Positions 49,076 to 58,898 of a stretch of DNA of 64,000 bases are shown here, in pieces (the first letter of the stretch is position 1; every line of letters begins with the position of its first letter). The DNA comes from an uncultured Granulicella sp. (GTDB lineage: Bacteria > Acidobacteriota > Terriglobia > Terriglobales > Acidobacteriaceae): assembly GCA_964282815.1 (NCBI GenBank), contig OZ196148.1; one strand, written 5' to 3'. The translations under genes were made by a program, and so were the position numbers. Under the pieces are notes generated by a model that saw nothing but the letters and a program-made list of their open reading frames with translations, was not told where the DNA came from and made no database searches.

Positions 49076-49569
49076 GGGCGGATGGTTGGGTGGGACGGCT
49101 GATTCGGGAAGATGCCGGCAGCGAGATGATTGAATTCTGCGTCTCGACGACGGTGCTGCTGCTGGGGATCTTTGCGATTATGGATGCGTCGCGTGCGGTG
49201 TACAGCTACCACTACTGTGCGCACGCGGCGCGGCAGGGCTCGCGGTTTGCGTCGGTGCGCGGGGCAAGCTTCAGCACGGTCAGCTGCTTGACCTCGTCTT
49301 ACGCCTGCATGGCGACGAGCACGGATGTGACGAACTACGTCAAGAGCATTACGCCGCTGGGGTTTGCGGCGGGCAATCTGACGGTCGCGACGACGTGGCC
49401 GGGGACGACGGCTGCGGGAAACACCTGCAGCCCCTCGGCGCACATCAATAACAGTCCGGGCTGCCTGGTGGCGGTGAAGATTACGTACGCGTTTACGTTT
49501 GTGCTGCCGCTTTTGCCTAATCCGAATCTTTTGCTGACCAGCACCTCGAAGGTGACGATTACGGAGTAG
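49072..49569 (+). CDS. TadE/TadG-family minor pilin
   Basis: EDAG-SEMIEF...AARQGSRFASVRG; in-frame TTG overlapping the previous TGA. Confidence 0.85.
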   Translation: MRADGWVGRLIREDAGSEMIEFCVSTTVLLLGIFAIMDASRAVYSYHYCAHAARQGSRFASVRGASFSTVSCLTSSYACMATSTDVTNYVKSITPLGFAAGNLTVATTWPGTTAAGNTCSPSAHINNSPGCLVAVKITYAFTFVLPLLPNPNLLLTSTSKVTITE

Positions 49570-49576
49570 CAAGAGG

Positions 49577-51292
49577 TTAGAGGCGTTGCGCGAGGAGATG
49601 GTCGGCGACGCGGAGGGCGTTGGCGATGATGGTGAGGGATGGATTGACGGCTGAGGCGGAGACGAAGCAGCTTGCGTCGACGACGTAGAGGTTGTCGAGA
49701 TCGTGCGCCTTGCAGTGGGGGTCGAGGACGCTGGTTGCGGGGTCGGAGCCCATGCGGCACGTGCCGTTCTGGTGGCCGACTCCTTCGAGCGGGATGCGCT
49801 TTTTGAAGTAGGCGTGCAGCGGGACGGAGGTGGTGGCGTGGCCGGCCTTCTTGAGGCTGTCGACCCAGCGGTCTTTAAGGCGATTGAAGGATTCGACGTT
49901 GTTGGGGGTGTAGGCGAGGCGGATGCGGTGGGGCGGACTCACGGTGGTGGCGGCGGACTGGTTGGTGCGGCCCGTGTCGCCGGCGGGGTGGGCGTCTGCG
50001 AGGCCGGGTGAGGCAGCGTCTACTGACTCCGCGGATGAGGGTGTGGTGTTGTGCAGGGTGACGCGGTTTTCGGGGTCGGGAAGGTCTTCGGTGGTGAGCC
50101 ACCAGGGGACGGCGTGATGCTTCATAGTTTCGAGGACGAAGCCTGGGGTGAGCGGCGGAGCATCGCCCTTCATCATCTCGAAGTGAAAGCTGCCGACGGG
50201 TTGAACCTGGCCGAGTGGGTAGGGGTAGGCGGGATCGGAGTCTTTGAGGTAGAAGTCGTTGGTGCCCCAGGTTTTGGTATAGGAATCCTCGTTGCGGTTG
50301 GTGTCGAGAGCGAGCAGGGCGTCAGCCTGGTGGTACATGAAGTTGCGCCCGACCTGGTCGGAGGAGTTGGCGAGACCGGTGGGGTGTTTGTCGGTCGCGC
50401 TAGCCAGCAGGAGTACGGCGGAGTTGACCGCGCCGGCGCAGAGTGCGAAGAAGCCGGCCTCATAGGTCGCCAAGCCTGCTTCCTGATTCAGGGTTGCGCT
50501 GTGCTGCACCTCAATCGCGGTAACCGCCGTGCCGGTGGCGTTGGTGATGAGGCGCAGGACTCGGCTGCTGGTCATCAGGGTGACGTTGGGCAGATGCAGG
50601 ATCTGCCGGATGCAGTTGATGTCGGAGTCAGATTTAGCGTGGACCAGGCAGGGATAGCCGTCGCAGGTGTCGCAGCGGACGCACTTGCTGGCGAGCGGGT
50701 CGGCGGCATTGAGTTTCAGGCCGAGCGGGATGGGGAAGGTGTTGACGCCGAGTTTGCGGACGCCGGCTTCGACGGCAGCCATGCGGGGCTCGTTGGCGAA
50801 GGCCGGATGAGGGTAGGGTTTGGAGTGGAAGGGCTCGGTGGGATCGAACGAAGAGCCGAAGCCTCCGGGGACAGAGGGGGCGGTTCCGAGGTCTCCGTGG
50901 ACGTGGAAGAGCTCTTCTGCCTGCGTGTAATAGGGCTCGAGATCCGCGTAGGAGATAGGCCATGCGGGCGAGAGGCCGCCCTTGTGGTGGATGACACCGA
51001 AGTCCTCTGCGCGCATGCGGAACATGGCCGCGCCGTAAACCTTGGTCTGGCCGCCGACGAAGTAGGCCTGCTGCGGGTGAAGGTCCTTGCCGTCCTTGTC
51101 CTGCCAGACCTCCTTGGTGTGGTAGCGGTTGTCCAGAAAGACCGCGGAGGTGTCCCAGTTCAGCTTCTCCTGCGGCATAAAGGGGCCGCGCTCAAGGATC
51201 AGAATTTTCTGGCCGGCCTGGGCGAGCTTCAGCGCAAGCGTACCGCCGCCGGCGCCTGTGCCGATGATGATTGCGTCGTAAAGATTGGACAT
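49577..51292 (-). CDS. GMC-family FAD oxidoreductase
   Basis: IIIGTGAGGG, VGGQTKVYGAAMFR, CVRCDTCDGYPC, VGRNFMYH and HQNGTCRMG. Confidence 0.92.
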   Translation of the reverse strand: MSNLYDAIIIGTGAGGGTLALKLAQAGQKILILERGPFMPQEKLNWDTSAVFLDNRYHTKEVWQDKDGKDLHPQQAYFVGGQTKVYGAAMFRMRAEDFGVIHHKGGLSPAWPISYADLEPYYTQAEELFHVHGDLGTAPSVPGGFGSSFDPTEPFHSKPYPHPAFANEPRMAAVEAGVRKLGVNTFPIPLGLKLNAADPLASKCVRCDTCDGYPCLVHAKSDSDINCIRQILHLPNVTLMTSSRVLRLITNATGTAVTAIEVQHSATLNQEAGLATYEAGFFALCAGAVNSAVLLLASATDKHPTGLANSSDQVGRNFMYHQADALLALDTNRNEDSYTKTWGTNDFYLKDSDPAYPYPLGQVQPVGSFHFEMMKGDAPPLTPGFVLETMKHHAVPWWLTTEDLPDPENRVTLHNTTPSSAESVDAASPGLADAHPAGDTGRTNQSAATTVSPPHRIRLAYTPNNVESFNRLKDRWVDSLKKAGHATTSVPLHAYFKKRIPLEGVGHQNGTCRMGSDPATSVLDPHCKAHDLDNLYVVDASCFVSASAVNPSLTIIANALRVADHLLAQRL

Positions 51293-51349
51293 ATGTGCTC
51301 AGATGCGTCCTGCCGGACGGGCTGGCTGCCCGGTACTCTCGTCAGCCGT

Positions 51350-52096
51350 TTACGTTCGCTGGACCGCTTTGTAGAGGGTGTAGCGCTCGTGTTGGATTCC
51401 GTGGCGATCCGCTGCGGCGTCTCCCTCGGAGAGCGGGAAGTCCTTGGTCCAGATCTCCTGGAAGGCCGGGATTCTGGAGAAGATGCGCGGATAAGTTGGA
51501 TTTGCGAACAGGATGTAAAGCTCGCGAGGAAGAGTGGCCCGTTGGCGCAACAAGTTGGATAACGCCTGCCGCAGCACCTTCGCCAGAAACGGGTGATAGA
51601 GGAAGATCACCAGGAGAGCGCCGGGATATTCGACCAAGGTCGCATCCTGGGTCCGGACTTCGGCGTTCGGGAATCGTGCCAGGTTGGCACGAGCGATGGC
51701 AGCGAGCGTGGGCGAGATCTCGACTCCAAGCAAGCCGCCGAAGCCGTGGTGCGCGGCCACCAGCAGAGCGCGTCCTTTGCCGCAGCCGAGATCGACGAAG
51801 GTGAAACCGGCGGGGTCCAGCGGCAAGGCGGCAAGAGCGGCGCTCAGGCTTGAGGGCGAGATGGCCCAGTAAGCCGTATTGTAAAAGTCGGCTGGCGAGC
51901 CTGTGTTGATCTCGCCTCCGAAGACGAAGCCTGAGGTATCAACACCGTGCGCCTGGTCGAAGGGGTGGACGGACGGAATGGGCCGCACCGGCGAGGGTCT
52001 GGCCCGGCTTGGGAAAAGGCGTTCCCAAACGCGGCGAACGACTCCGCGAACACCATGATTGTCCAGGAGGTGAACCAGGCTGCGATAAAGAGGCAA
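51350..52096 (-). CDS. Class I SAM-dependent methyltransferase
   Basis: FVDLGCGKGR motif I, GVEIS and FLYHPF. Confidence 0.85.
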   Translation of the reverse strand: MPLYRSLVHLLDNHGVRGVVRRVWERLFPSRARPSPVRPIPSVHPFDQAHGVDTSGFVFGGEINTGSPADFYNTAYWAISPSSLSAALAALPLDPAGFTFVDLGCGKGRALLVAAHHGFGGLLGVEISPTLAAIARANLARFPNAEVRTQDATLVEYPGALLVIFLYHPFLAKVLRQALSNLLRQRATLPRELYILFANPTYPRIFSRIPAFQEIWTKDFPLSEGDAAADRHGIQHERYTLYKAVQRT

Positions 52097-52172
52097 GCGG
52101 CGCTCCTAACATCATTTCGTGGTCGACTATGGTGCGGTTGTGGACAGAACGTGGCTCGCAACGTGGTGCGTT

Positions 52173-52553
52173 TTACCGTTTGTCCAGAAAACCGTGGATG
52201 AGGCGGCGGTCGCGCTTGGTGGGGCGGCCCTGGCGCGGCAGGTCGAAGACACCCAGCGTTTTGCGCTCCTCGGCCGCCTTCCTGCGCGCTTCCCTGCTCT
52301 CTGCGGACTCTGTGTAGAGCGTCTGCGCAACCTGCGCCGAGCCGCGCACGTGGGTGACTTCGAGGACCTCGATCTTGAAGTCGCCGGCTTCATTCTTGAT
52401 CTCGAGCCGGTCTCCCACTTTGACCAGGCGAGAGGGTTTGGCGGACTGGCCGTTGGACTGGATGCGGTTCATGTCACAGGCTTTCGAGGCGAGTTCGCGG
52501 GTTTTGAAGAACCGCGCGGCCCAAAGCCACTTGTCGATGCGGGTTCCATCCAT
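52173..52553 (-). CDS. hslR: RNA-binding S4 protein, Hsp15 (HslR)-like
   Basis: RIDKWLWAARFFKTRELA...KPSRLVKVGD...GRPTKRDRR. Confidence 0.88.
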   Translation of the reverse strand: MDGTRIDKWLWAARFFKTRELASKACDMNRIQSNGQSAKPSRLVKVGDRLEIKNEAGDFKIEVLEVTHVRGSAQVAQTLYTESAESREARRKAAEERKTLGVFDLPRQGRPTKRDRRLIHGFLDKR

Positions 52554-52620
52554 ACCCTATTTTCCTACGTTTCAAGCCTGCGAAAATGAAGCTGGAGAGA
52601 CTGAATTGCGCAAGATCAAG

Positions 52621-52866
52621 ATGCCGGCCGCGGCTGCAACGACGAGGCCGGGTTACAGAAATGAAAATGGGCAGGTGGTGGTGCGGGATACGGGCTTCGG
52701 GTCTGAATCGTTTCCGGGGCAGCGGGTTTATCACCTTCGCTGCACGCATTGTGGGCATGAGTATGGGGCCAACGGGACCGATATAGCGAAGAGGCTCTGC
52801 CCCTCGCATCAGGGCGGGATCAAAGGAGAAAAGCTGCGGGAGGCAGGGCCGCGGCTGTTTGACTAG
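52621..52866 (+). CDS. Small putative zinc-binding protein (CxxC...CPxH)
   Basis: TRPGYRNENGQVV...YHLRCTHCGHEYGANGTDIAKRLCPSHQGG. Confidence 0.6.
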   Translation: MPAAAATTRPGYRNENGQVVVRDTGFGSESFPGQRVYHLRCTHCGHEYGANGTDIAKRLCPSHQGGIKGEKLREAGPRLFD

Positions 52867-52887
52867 GCGAAGAGAACAGAGGCAGAA

Positions 52888-52916
52888 GCAGGTGCTTCGC
52901 TACGCTCTGAATGACA
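52888..52916 (-). repeat. REP-like element (TGTCATTCAGAGCGTAGCGAAGCACCTGC)
   Basis: Shares the GTCA-x-C-x-GAG-CG-x-AGC-GAAG core with 5430 and 7494; sits between convergent genes. Confidence 0.55.
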
Positions 52917-52950
52917 CGCAAAAACGGCTCCCGCGCAGAAAAAGAAATCG

Positions 52951-53760
52951 CTAATTGATTTTGCGGAGGATGTCTTCGGCTTGCGGGAGGGTCTGGGCGG
53001 GAGATGGATGGAAGTCGGATTTGACCTCATCTTCCTGGTCGCCGATGGATTTGAAGAAGAGGGCGTGGCCCACTATGTGGACGTGAGACTCGGTGATCTG
53101 CCAGTGGCGCGGGGCGACCTCGCGGCGCTCGACCTGGAAGGTTCCTCCCTTGCGCAGGCGGCCGAGGATGCCGTAGCCGAACTTGACGTCGTCCGTCAGC
53201 GCGCCGCGGATGGTGGCGATCCGGTTCTGGGGGCGGGAGATGACGATCTGGCCAGCCATGGCGGAGAGGACGCGGGCTTCGAGATTGGTCGGGCTGAAGG
53301 CAGGGTCCGGCTTGAAGTCCAGGGTAATCAGGTCTCCCTTTTCCGCTGCGACGGTCCAGAGATAGGCGACGGGGAGGAGCTTGAGCATCTGCTCGGCCTG
53401 TTCGCCGTCGTGCGCGTCATTGGCCTGCTGTTTCTGCATAGCGGAGTGATTGGCCACGAGGGCGGCACGGGCGGCGTCATCTGCCTGGCGATCCTGCGGG
53501 CTGAGCGGATGGCCGTGGTCCTCCAGCTTCTTGCGGAGGTTGCCGGCGGGGGTTTCGACCTCGTAGTAGAGCGTGTCGTGGTCGGGGGTGATGTCATGAT
53601 CGCGGTACATGAAGGCGCTGTGGTCGACGCGGTTGGAGTGGAGCTCGGAGTCGACGGCGGCGGCGACCATCGCTTTGGTGTCCTGCGCGCGGGCGAGGAC
53701 CGGGGCTGCAAGAAGGCAGAGAGCGAGGGTTCGGCACGTGAGGCTAGGTTGTGTGGACAT
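52951..53760 (-). CDS. Conserved hypothetical exported protein (beta-rich, possibly LolA/MucB-like)
   Basis: Signal peptide ending ARA-QD; LDFKPDPAF...MAGQI...DVKFGYGILGRL. ATG at 53760. Confidence 0.72.
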   Translation of the reverse strand: MSTQPSLTCRTLALCLLAAPVLARAQDTKAMVAAAVDSELHSNRVDHSAFMYRDHDITPDHDTLYYEVETPAGNLRKKLEDHGHPLSPQDRQADDAARAALVANHSAMQKQQANDAHDGEQAEQMLKLLPVAYLWTVAAEKGDLITLDFKPDPAFSPTNLEARVLSAMAGQIVISRPQNRIATIRGALTDDVKFGYGILGRLRKGGTFQVERREVAPRHWQITESHVHIVGHALFFKSIGDQEDEVKSDFHPSPAQTLPQAEDILRKIN

Positions 53761-53831
53761 GCAGTTGGTAAGACGTATTGTAGGGGCTGGAGGATGAAGG
53801 AAAGGTAATTGGAGGGGATTCGAGGGTTGAC

Positions 53832-53889
53832 ACCCCCTCCCGGTGTTTTTGCGTAAAGTCTTCGAACGAGATGTTTTAGGTCCGGACTT
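53832..53889 (-). repeat. Dispersed upstream motif, copy D
   Basis: Reverse complement reads AAGTCCGGACCTAA-AACATC-TCGTTCGAAGACTTT-ACGCAAAAACACC-GGGAGGGGGT. Confidence 0.8.
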
Positions 53890-53952
53890 CGTTCTTGATT
53901 GCACAAAGAAGTGTGCAAAGGCGAGGGGCCAAGAGAGCTTCGTAGAATGGGT

Positions 53953-55404
53953 TTATCTTTCCAGGCCCCACTGGTTGATGAGGTGGAAGCCGCGGTCGAG
54001 CAGGGGGTAATGGGTGGGGATGGGGGTGCGGGTAAGGGTGATGGTTTCGGGAGTGAAAGGCGCGGGCGGAGGGGTGGGCTTCTTGTGCTTGGGGTCAGGT
54101 TTCGGTGGATCAGGTGGTTTAGCAGTGAGGATGAGGTGGTTGGGGTCCGGGAGGCGGTAAGTGTAGAGGACGGGGTCTTGGGGGAAGTCCATGATGCTGA
54201 GGGTGGAGGCTTTGGGATCGAGGGTGAGGTAGGTGCGCCAGAGTGCGCCGTCGGTTGAGCGGGTGAAGGCGCGGACGGGGGAGTCGATGTAGAGGTCGGA
54301 GGCGGGCAGGCCTTCGCCGGTCTTGAAGGCTCCGGTGAGGGCTGGTGTGGCGTCCAGGTGCCAGGCTCCGAGGAGCGGTGTGGGGACGCGGACGGCGGCG
54401 CGGTTTTTGAAGTAGCCGATGCCGGCGAAGACGGGGAAGACGGCGAGGAAGAGGATCGTAAAGATGAGCTCAATCGTTCGGGTGCCGATGCGGAAGGCGC
54501 GACGCTCGGCCGGCGGAACCCAGATACCGGCGGGAGCCGCGGGCTGGTGCAGCCAGAAGAAGCGATAGAGCGCCTGCAGGTCCGGCAGGGTAATGAAGAG
54601 GAGCGCGAGGAGCAAGGCCATGGCGAAGAGCTTGACCGGGACGTCGAAGAAGAAGTTGTAGAGGACGACGTTGGCCATGACGAATGCGGAAAGCAGGGCT
54701 CCGGCCAGGGCGGTGCGGCGAAAGAGGAGGAGGGTACCGCCAAGGACCTCAGCCGCGCCGCAGACCATTTCATAGAGGGGGTTCATGCCGATGAGGGACC
54801 AGAGGAGGGTCATGGGGGAGCTTTGGCCGACGGGCTCATTGAGGATGGCGATGGAGATGGGAGCCATCTGGATCGGGAAGAGCTTGGCCATGCCGTAGTT
54901 GAGCATGAACATGCCGCAGGTGAGGCGGAGGCCGAAGCGGAGCCAGGCGTAGAGGGTCTGGTATTGGGTGCGGCGGGAGCCACGGGCGTGGGCGATGGCG
55001 GTCCAGAGCAGGCCGCCGGCGAGGGCGAAGGCGAGAAAGAGCCCGTTCAGTATCCAGTTGAGAGTGGTATCGCCGGAGCCGGTGGGATGCCAGGCGGCCG
55101 CGAGACCGGTGAGGTGGAAGACGTACTTGCCGGTGAGGACGGCGAGGTGGTTGAAGGGCCAGGTGAGGACCGTTTCGAACCAGCCGCCGACGAACGGGAT
55201 GAAGCTGAAGACGGTTCCGTTGCCGAAGCAAAACATGAAACAGAAGAAGTACAGGAAGGCGATGCGGAAGGCGGCGCGGGAGAGCGGGGTCCAGTGGGCA
55301 GGAACGGGGGTGGCTGCGGGCGCGGGCAGGAGGGGTTCGGCGTAGGGGGTGGGGGCGGACGGCTCGGCGAAGGAGATAGGTTCGGCGGGGGCAGCTGTGT
55401 CCAC
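53953..55404 (-). CDS. DoxX-like polytopic membrane protein
   Basis: FMLNYGMAKLFPIQ, SPMTLLWSLIG, AEVLGGTLLLFRRT and NFFFDVPVKL. Start uncertain (GTG at 55404 chosen). Confidence 0.75.
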   Translation of the reverse strand: MDTAAPAEPISFAEPSAPTPYAEPLLPAPAATPVPAHWTPLSRAAFRIAFLYFFCFMFCFGNGTVFSFIPFVGGWFETVLTWPFNHLAVLTGKYVFHLTGLAAAWHPTGSGDTTLNWILNGLFLAFALAGGLLWTAIAHARGSRRTQYQTLYAWLRFGLRLTCGMFMLNYGMAKLFPIQMAPISIAILNEPVGQSSPMTLLWSLIGMNPLYEMVCGAAEVLGGTLLLFRRTALAGALLSAFVMANVVLYNFFFDVPVKLFAMALLLALLFITLPDLQALYRFFWLHQPAAPAGIWVPPAERRAFRIGTRTIELIFTILFLAVFPVFAGIGYFKNRAAVRVPTPLLGAWHLDATPALTGAFKTGEGLPASDLYIDSPVRAFTRSTDGALWRTYLTLDPKASTLSIMDFPQDPVLYTYRLPDPNHLILTAKPPDPPKPDPKHKKPTPPPAPFTPETITLTRTPIPTHYPLLDRGFHLINQWGLER

Positions 55405-55541
55405 GGGAGCCTCGTTCTGAGTTGGGAATGAATCTTTGTATTGTGCCTTGGACGTTCGTCTGAGCTCAAGGGTGAGGGGGTGGAGAAAACCTTTGGTCCG
55501 CAAGGTCCCAGCAATTCATCGCTGCGCCTGGATGGAGCCGA

Positions 55542-56936
55542 TCAGAGGGACGCGAGGGCAATTTTGGCGGCGTGGAAGCCGGCCATGCCGTGGACGCCGC
55601 CGCCGGGGGGGGTCGAAGCGCCGCATAAGTAGAGGTTGCGGAGGGAGGTTCGATAGAGGGATGGGGTGGGGCGGAAGAGGAGCTGGGTGGGGCTCATGGC
55701 GCCGCCGGAGAGGTCGCCGCCGACGAGATTGGGGTTCCAGGATTCGAGCGCGGCGGGCGGGGAGATGGTGCGGGCCAGGACAACGTCGCGGAACTGAGGG
55801 GCGAAGCGGACAATCTGGTTTTCTATGGCTTCGGTATGGTCGAGCAGCGAGCCGTTGGGGACGTGGCAGTAGGCCCAGACGGTGTGTTTGGCGTTTCCCT
55901 CACTGTCTAAGGGAGCGCGGGTGGGGTCGAAGAGGCTGGGCTGGACGAGGAGGATGAAGGGTTTGCCGGTGTCGAAACGGGATTCTGAGGCTACGATCTC
56001 TTCAAACGAGCCGCCGAGGTGAACGGTGGCGGCACGAAGACATTCTTTGGCGGTCCAGGGAATGGGGGCGGAGAGGGCGTAGTCGATCTTGAAGGCTCCG
56101 GCTCCGTAGCGGAAGGATTCGAGCTGGCGACGGTAGCCGGGGGTAAGCTCGGGGCCGGCTAACTTCAGGAGTTGGCGGGGGGTCAGGTCGGCGAAGGTGA
56201 GAGCGCCGCGATCTTGTCCGGGGTTGGGGAAAGTGGTGACCTCGTGGGAGGTTTCGAGGCGGCCGCCGAGGGATTCAAAGTGCTGGATGAGGGCGTTGGT
56301 GAGGGTCTGGGCTCCGCCCTGAAGGATAGGCCAGCCGACGGCGTGGGCGGCGGCCATCAGGACGAGGGCGACGGCGGAGGTGGTGGGGGTGTCGAGCGGG
56401 AGGACGGCATGGGCAGCCATGCCGGCGAAGAGGGCTCGCGCGCGCGGGCCGCGGAAGCGCGTGCGGGCGAGCGCCGTGGCGGGCAACAGGGCCGAGAGGC
56501 CGAAGCGGGCGAGCGAGATGGGGGCTTGGGGGATGTGGGCGATGGGGCCAAGGAGGTCTGGGACAAGGGATGGGAAGGCGTCGGCGAGGGGTTCGAGGAG
56601 GGAGCGGTATTTTCGGGCGTCTTCTACGTCGAGATTGGCGATCGTATCGGCGATAGAGCGCTCGAGGAGGACGGCGGTGCCGTCGTCGAGCGGGTGAGCG
56701 CAGGGTGCGGGGGAGTCGAGGAAGGGAAGATGGAGCGAGAGGGATTGGAAGATGGGGCTGCACTTTCCCATAGGGAAGACGGCTGCTCCGCGGTCATGGT
56801 GGAAGCCGGGGAGGGTGAGTTCGGCGGTAGTGCAGGCTCCGCCTGGCTGCGCATTGCGCTCGTAGACGGTGACGGGAAGGCCGGCCTGGGCGAGGGTGAT
56901 GGCGGCTGCGAGACCGTTGGGGCCAGAGCCGATCAC
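55542..56936 (-). CDS. Phytoene-dehydrogenase-like NAD(P)/FAD-dependent oxidoreductase
   Basis: IGSGPNGLAAA, GGACTTAELTLPGF and YLCGASTPPGGGVHGMAG. The true start may be a few codons upstream. Confidence 0.88.
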   Translation of the reverse strand: MIGSGPNGLAAAITLAQAGLPVTVYERNAQPGGACTTAELTLPGFHHDRGAAVFPMGKCSPIFQSLSLHLPFLDSPAPCAHPLDDGTAVLLERSIADTIANLDVEDARKYRSLLEPLADAFPSLVPDLLGPIAHIPQAPISLARFGLSALLPATALARTRFRGPRARALFAGMAAHAVLPLDTPTTSAVALVLMAAAHAVGWPILQGGAQTLTNALIQHFESLGGRLETSHEVTTFPNPGQDRGALTFADLTPRQLLKLAGPELTPGYRRQLESFRYGAGAFKIDYALSAPIPWTAKECLRAATVHLGGSFEEIVASESRFDTGKPFILLVQPSLFDPTRAPLDSEGNAKHTVWAYCHVPNGSLLDHTEAIENQIVRFAPQFRDVVLARTISPPAALESWNPNLVGGDLSGGAMSPTQLLFRPTPSLYRTSLRNLYLCGASTPPGGGVHGMAGFHAAKIALASL

Positions 56937-56963
56937 CGTGGCGTTCGGTAAGGGCGGCAGGGC

Positions 56964-58898
56964 TCAGGCCTCGTCTTGGTCTTTGAGGGTGGGGGTGCGG
57001 GAGAGGCGAAGGGCGCGGCTGAGCTCAGCGAGGCGATTGCGCCAGGAGTTCATCTCCTGCTGCTGGCGATGCTTGCGGGTGAAGGCGTCGAAGCTGAGGG
57101 CGTTATCGGGTTTGGCGGCGGGATCAGTCGCCGGTTCGGGCTTGATGGCCGCGCGGAGGTTGCCGTTCGAGTGGGCGCGGGTGCGGAGCTCGGGTTCGGC
57201 TTGGAGCTCAATCAGAGTGAGTTCCGAGGGGGAGGCGGGCGTCGCAAAGGCGGAGGCGGCGGCAGGTGGTATGACGGCTGGGACGCGCGGGGTGAGGGCG
57301 TATTTCAGGGCGGAGTCGGCGCTGATGGGGGTGCGGTTTTGGTTGTAGAAGAGGCCGGAGGGGGCGTCGAGATGGATGTAGCGGAAGGTTTCGCGGTGCT
57401 CGTAGGTGTGGATGGTGCCGGTTTGGGCGATCCAGGTGAAGTCGGCTGCTTCAGGGCCGAGGGCGGCGATGATTGGAGCGTAGTTGGGGTCGGGGGAGCT
57501 CGAGAGCTCGACGTGTTCTGGCTCTGGCTCGGGCTCGGCTTCGGGCTCGGCTTCCTGGATGGCGGAAAGGGAGGGTGCCTCAGGCTGTGCCGCAGCTTCG
57601 GCCGTGCTCATTTCGACAGCGGCAGGCTCAGGCTGAGGCTCGAAGGTGAGATCGTCCTGCTGCGTGAGCCGGTCAGGGGCTGGTTCGACGACCGGTTGCG
57701 AGGCAGCTTCGGGTTCCGGGGTAAGGGGTTCTTCGGCTGCGAGGTCCTGGGCTGCGAACTCCTGGGCTGCGAGCTCCTGGGCTGCGAGCTTGTGGGTTGC
57801 GAGCTTGTGGGGTGACTCGGCCAGGAGAATGGCCTCGGGCGAGAGGGTGGAGGGCTCGGGGCTGGACGTTTCAGCGGGCGGGGCGGGAGAGTCTTGCGAC
57901 GTCGAGACGGGCTCAACTGGTTCCTGCGGGGCTAGATGCTCGGGAAAGTCTGCGGTTTCGCTGGAGAGCCAGGTGACGTCCTCTGCCAGAGACTCGGGCT
58001 GCGAGTGTGCCTGGATGGGGGCGGCGGCTTCCGGTTCGGGGGTGAGGGAAGCTTCTATCTGGACCAGGAGCTCGGGTTCTAAGTGGGTTTCGGCAGTGTC
58101 TTGGATTTGGGCGGAAAACGCAAGCTCCGGCTCTGCTTCTGGAGCAGGTTCGGGCTCGGCCACGGCATTGGGCTCAAAGTTTTCGTGGAAGTAGATTGTG
58201 GCTGGCGGCTCGGGCTCTGCCGCTTCAAAAGCTGCCTCTAAGTTCGCTTCGGGTTCCGGATTGGCGCTCCATTCGAGGGCGGAGAGATCTGGGTCGGGGT
58301 TTTCGGCGAGGTGATCGGAAAGTTCGGCTTCCGCCAGCTCGGCTTGGGCCTGTTCGGCGCGGAGACGGTCTTCTTCCTGGGTGATGCGGGGCGCGGGTGC
58401 GGCGGGCCACGGCTCGGGGGTGTCGTCGATGTAGACGGTGCGGTCGTTATAGAGGTTGCGGACGGCGAGGTTGCGATCGATGTGGATGAAGCTGCGGCTG
58501 ATGGTCTGGCCCGCGCGGGAGCGGATTCGAACCGCGTATCCGTCTTCGGATTGCAGGGGCATGGCGCGCTCCAGTTCTACGGTACGGCCGTCGTCGAGCG
58601 AGAGGGACAGGCGGGCGTTTTCAGCGTCGTAGGTGCGTGCCCCGAGCGCGTTCCCCTGCCCAGGCTCGATAATGCCGAGCTGGGCAAGGATGTGTGCGGC
58701 GCTTCCGGGCAGGGGTTCGTACAGCATGCTGCGCAGGAAGCGCGCGTCAATTGCCTCGCTCAACGGGGAGCGGGCGCTCGGCCGGGAGGGATGGCTCTGC
58801 GGATACTGGTCTTTCTCCAGTGGCGTGGCGCTCGACCGGAAGTGATCCCACAGGGGCCGCAGTCTCGCGAAAGTGGTTCTGAGACGGCTTCTCCGCAC
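56964..58898 (-). CDS. Hypothetical protein with acidic Glu/Pro/Ala-rich linker between two small globular domains; start uncertain (58727 or fused to the upstream ORF)
   Basis: 644-aa ORF with C-ending codons; 15-nt repeats at 57735-57812 (HKLAT/HKLAA/QELAA/QEFAA/QDLAA). Confidence 0.65.
   Translation of the reverse strand: MRRSRLRTTFARLRPLWDHFRSSATPLEKDQYPQSHPSRPSARSPLSEAIDARFLRSMLYEPLPGSAAHILAQLGIIEPGQGNALGARTYDAENARLSLSLDDGRTVELERAMPLQSEDGYAVRIRSRAGQTISRSFIHIDRNLAVRNLYNDRTVYIDDTPEPWPAAPAPRITQEEDRLRAEQAQAELAEAELSDHLAENPDPDLSALEWSANPEPEANLEAAFEAAEPEPPATIYFHENFEPNAVAEPEPAPEAEPELAFSAQIQDTAETHLEPELLVQIEASLTPEPEAAAPIQAHSQPESLAEDVTWLSSETADFPEHLAPQEPVEPVSTSQDSPAPPAETSSPEPSTLSPEAILLAESPHKLATHKLAAQELAAQEFAAQDLAAEEPLTPEPEAASQPVVEPAPDRLTQQDDLTFEPQPEPAAVEMSTAEAAAQPEAPSLSAIQEAEPEAEPEPEPEHVELSSSPDPNYAPIIAALGPEAADFTWIAQTGTIHTYEHRETFRYIHLDAPSGLFYNQNRTPISADSALKYALTPRVPAVIPPAAASAFATPASPSELTLIELQAEPELRTRAHSNGNLRAAIKPEPATDPAAKPDNALSFDAFTRKHRQQQEMNSWRNRLAELSRALRLSRTPTLKDQDEA

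Noticed and set aside
55542-56936. Carotenoid biosynthesis cluster
   Set aside because: A single phytoene-dehydrogenase-like gene of the widespread non-CrtI type, with no crtB or crtE nearby.
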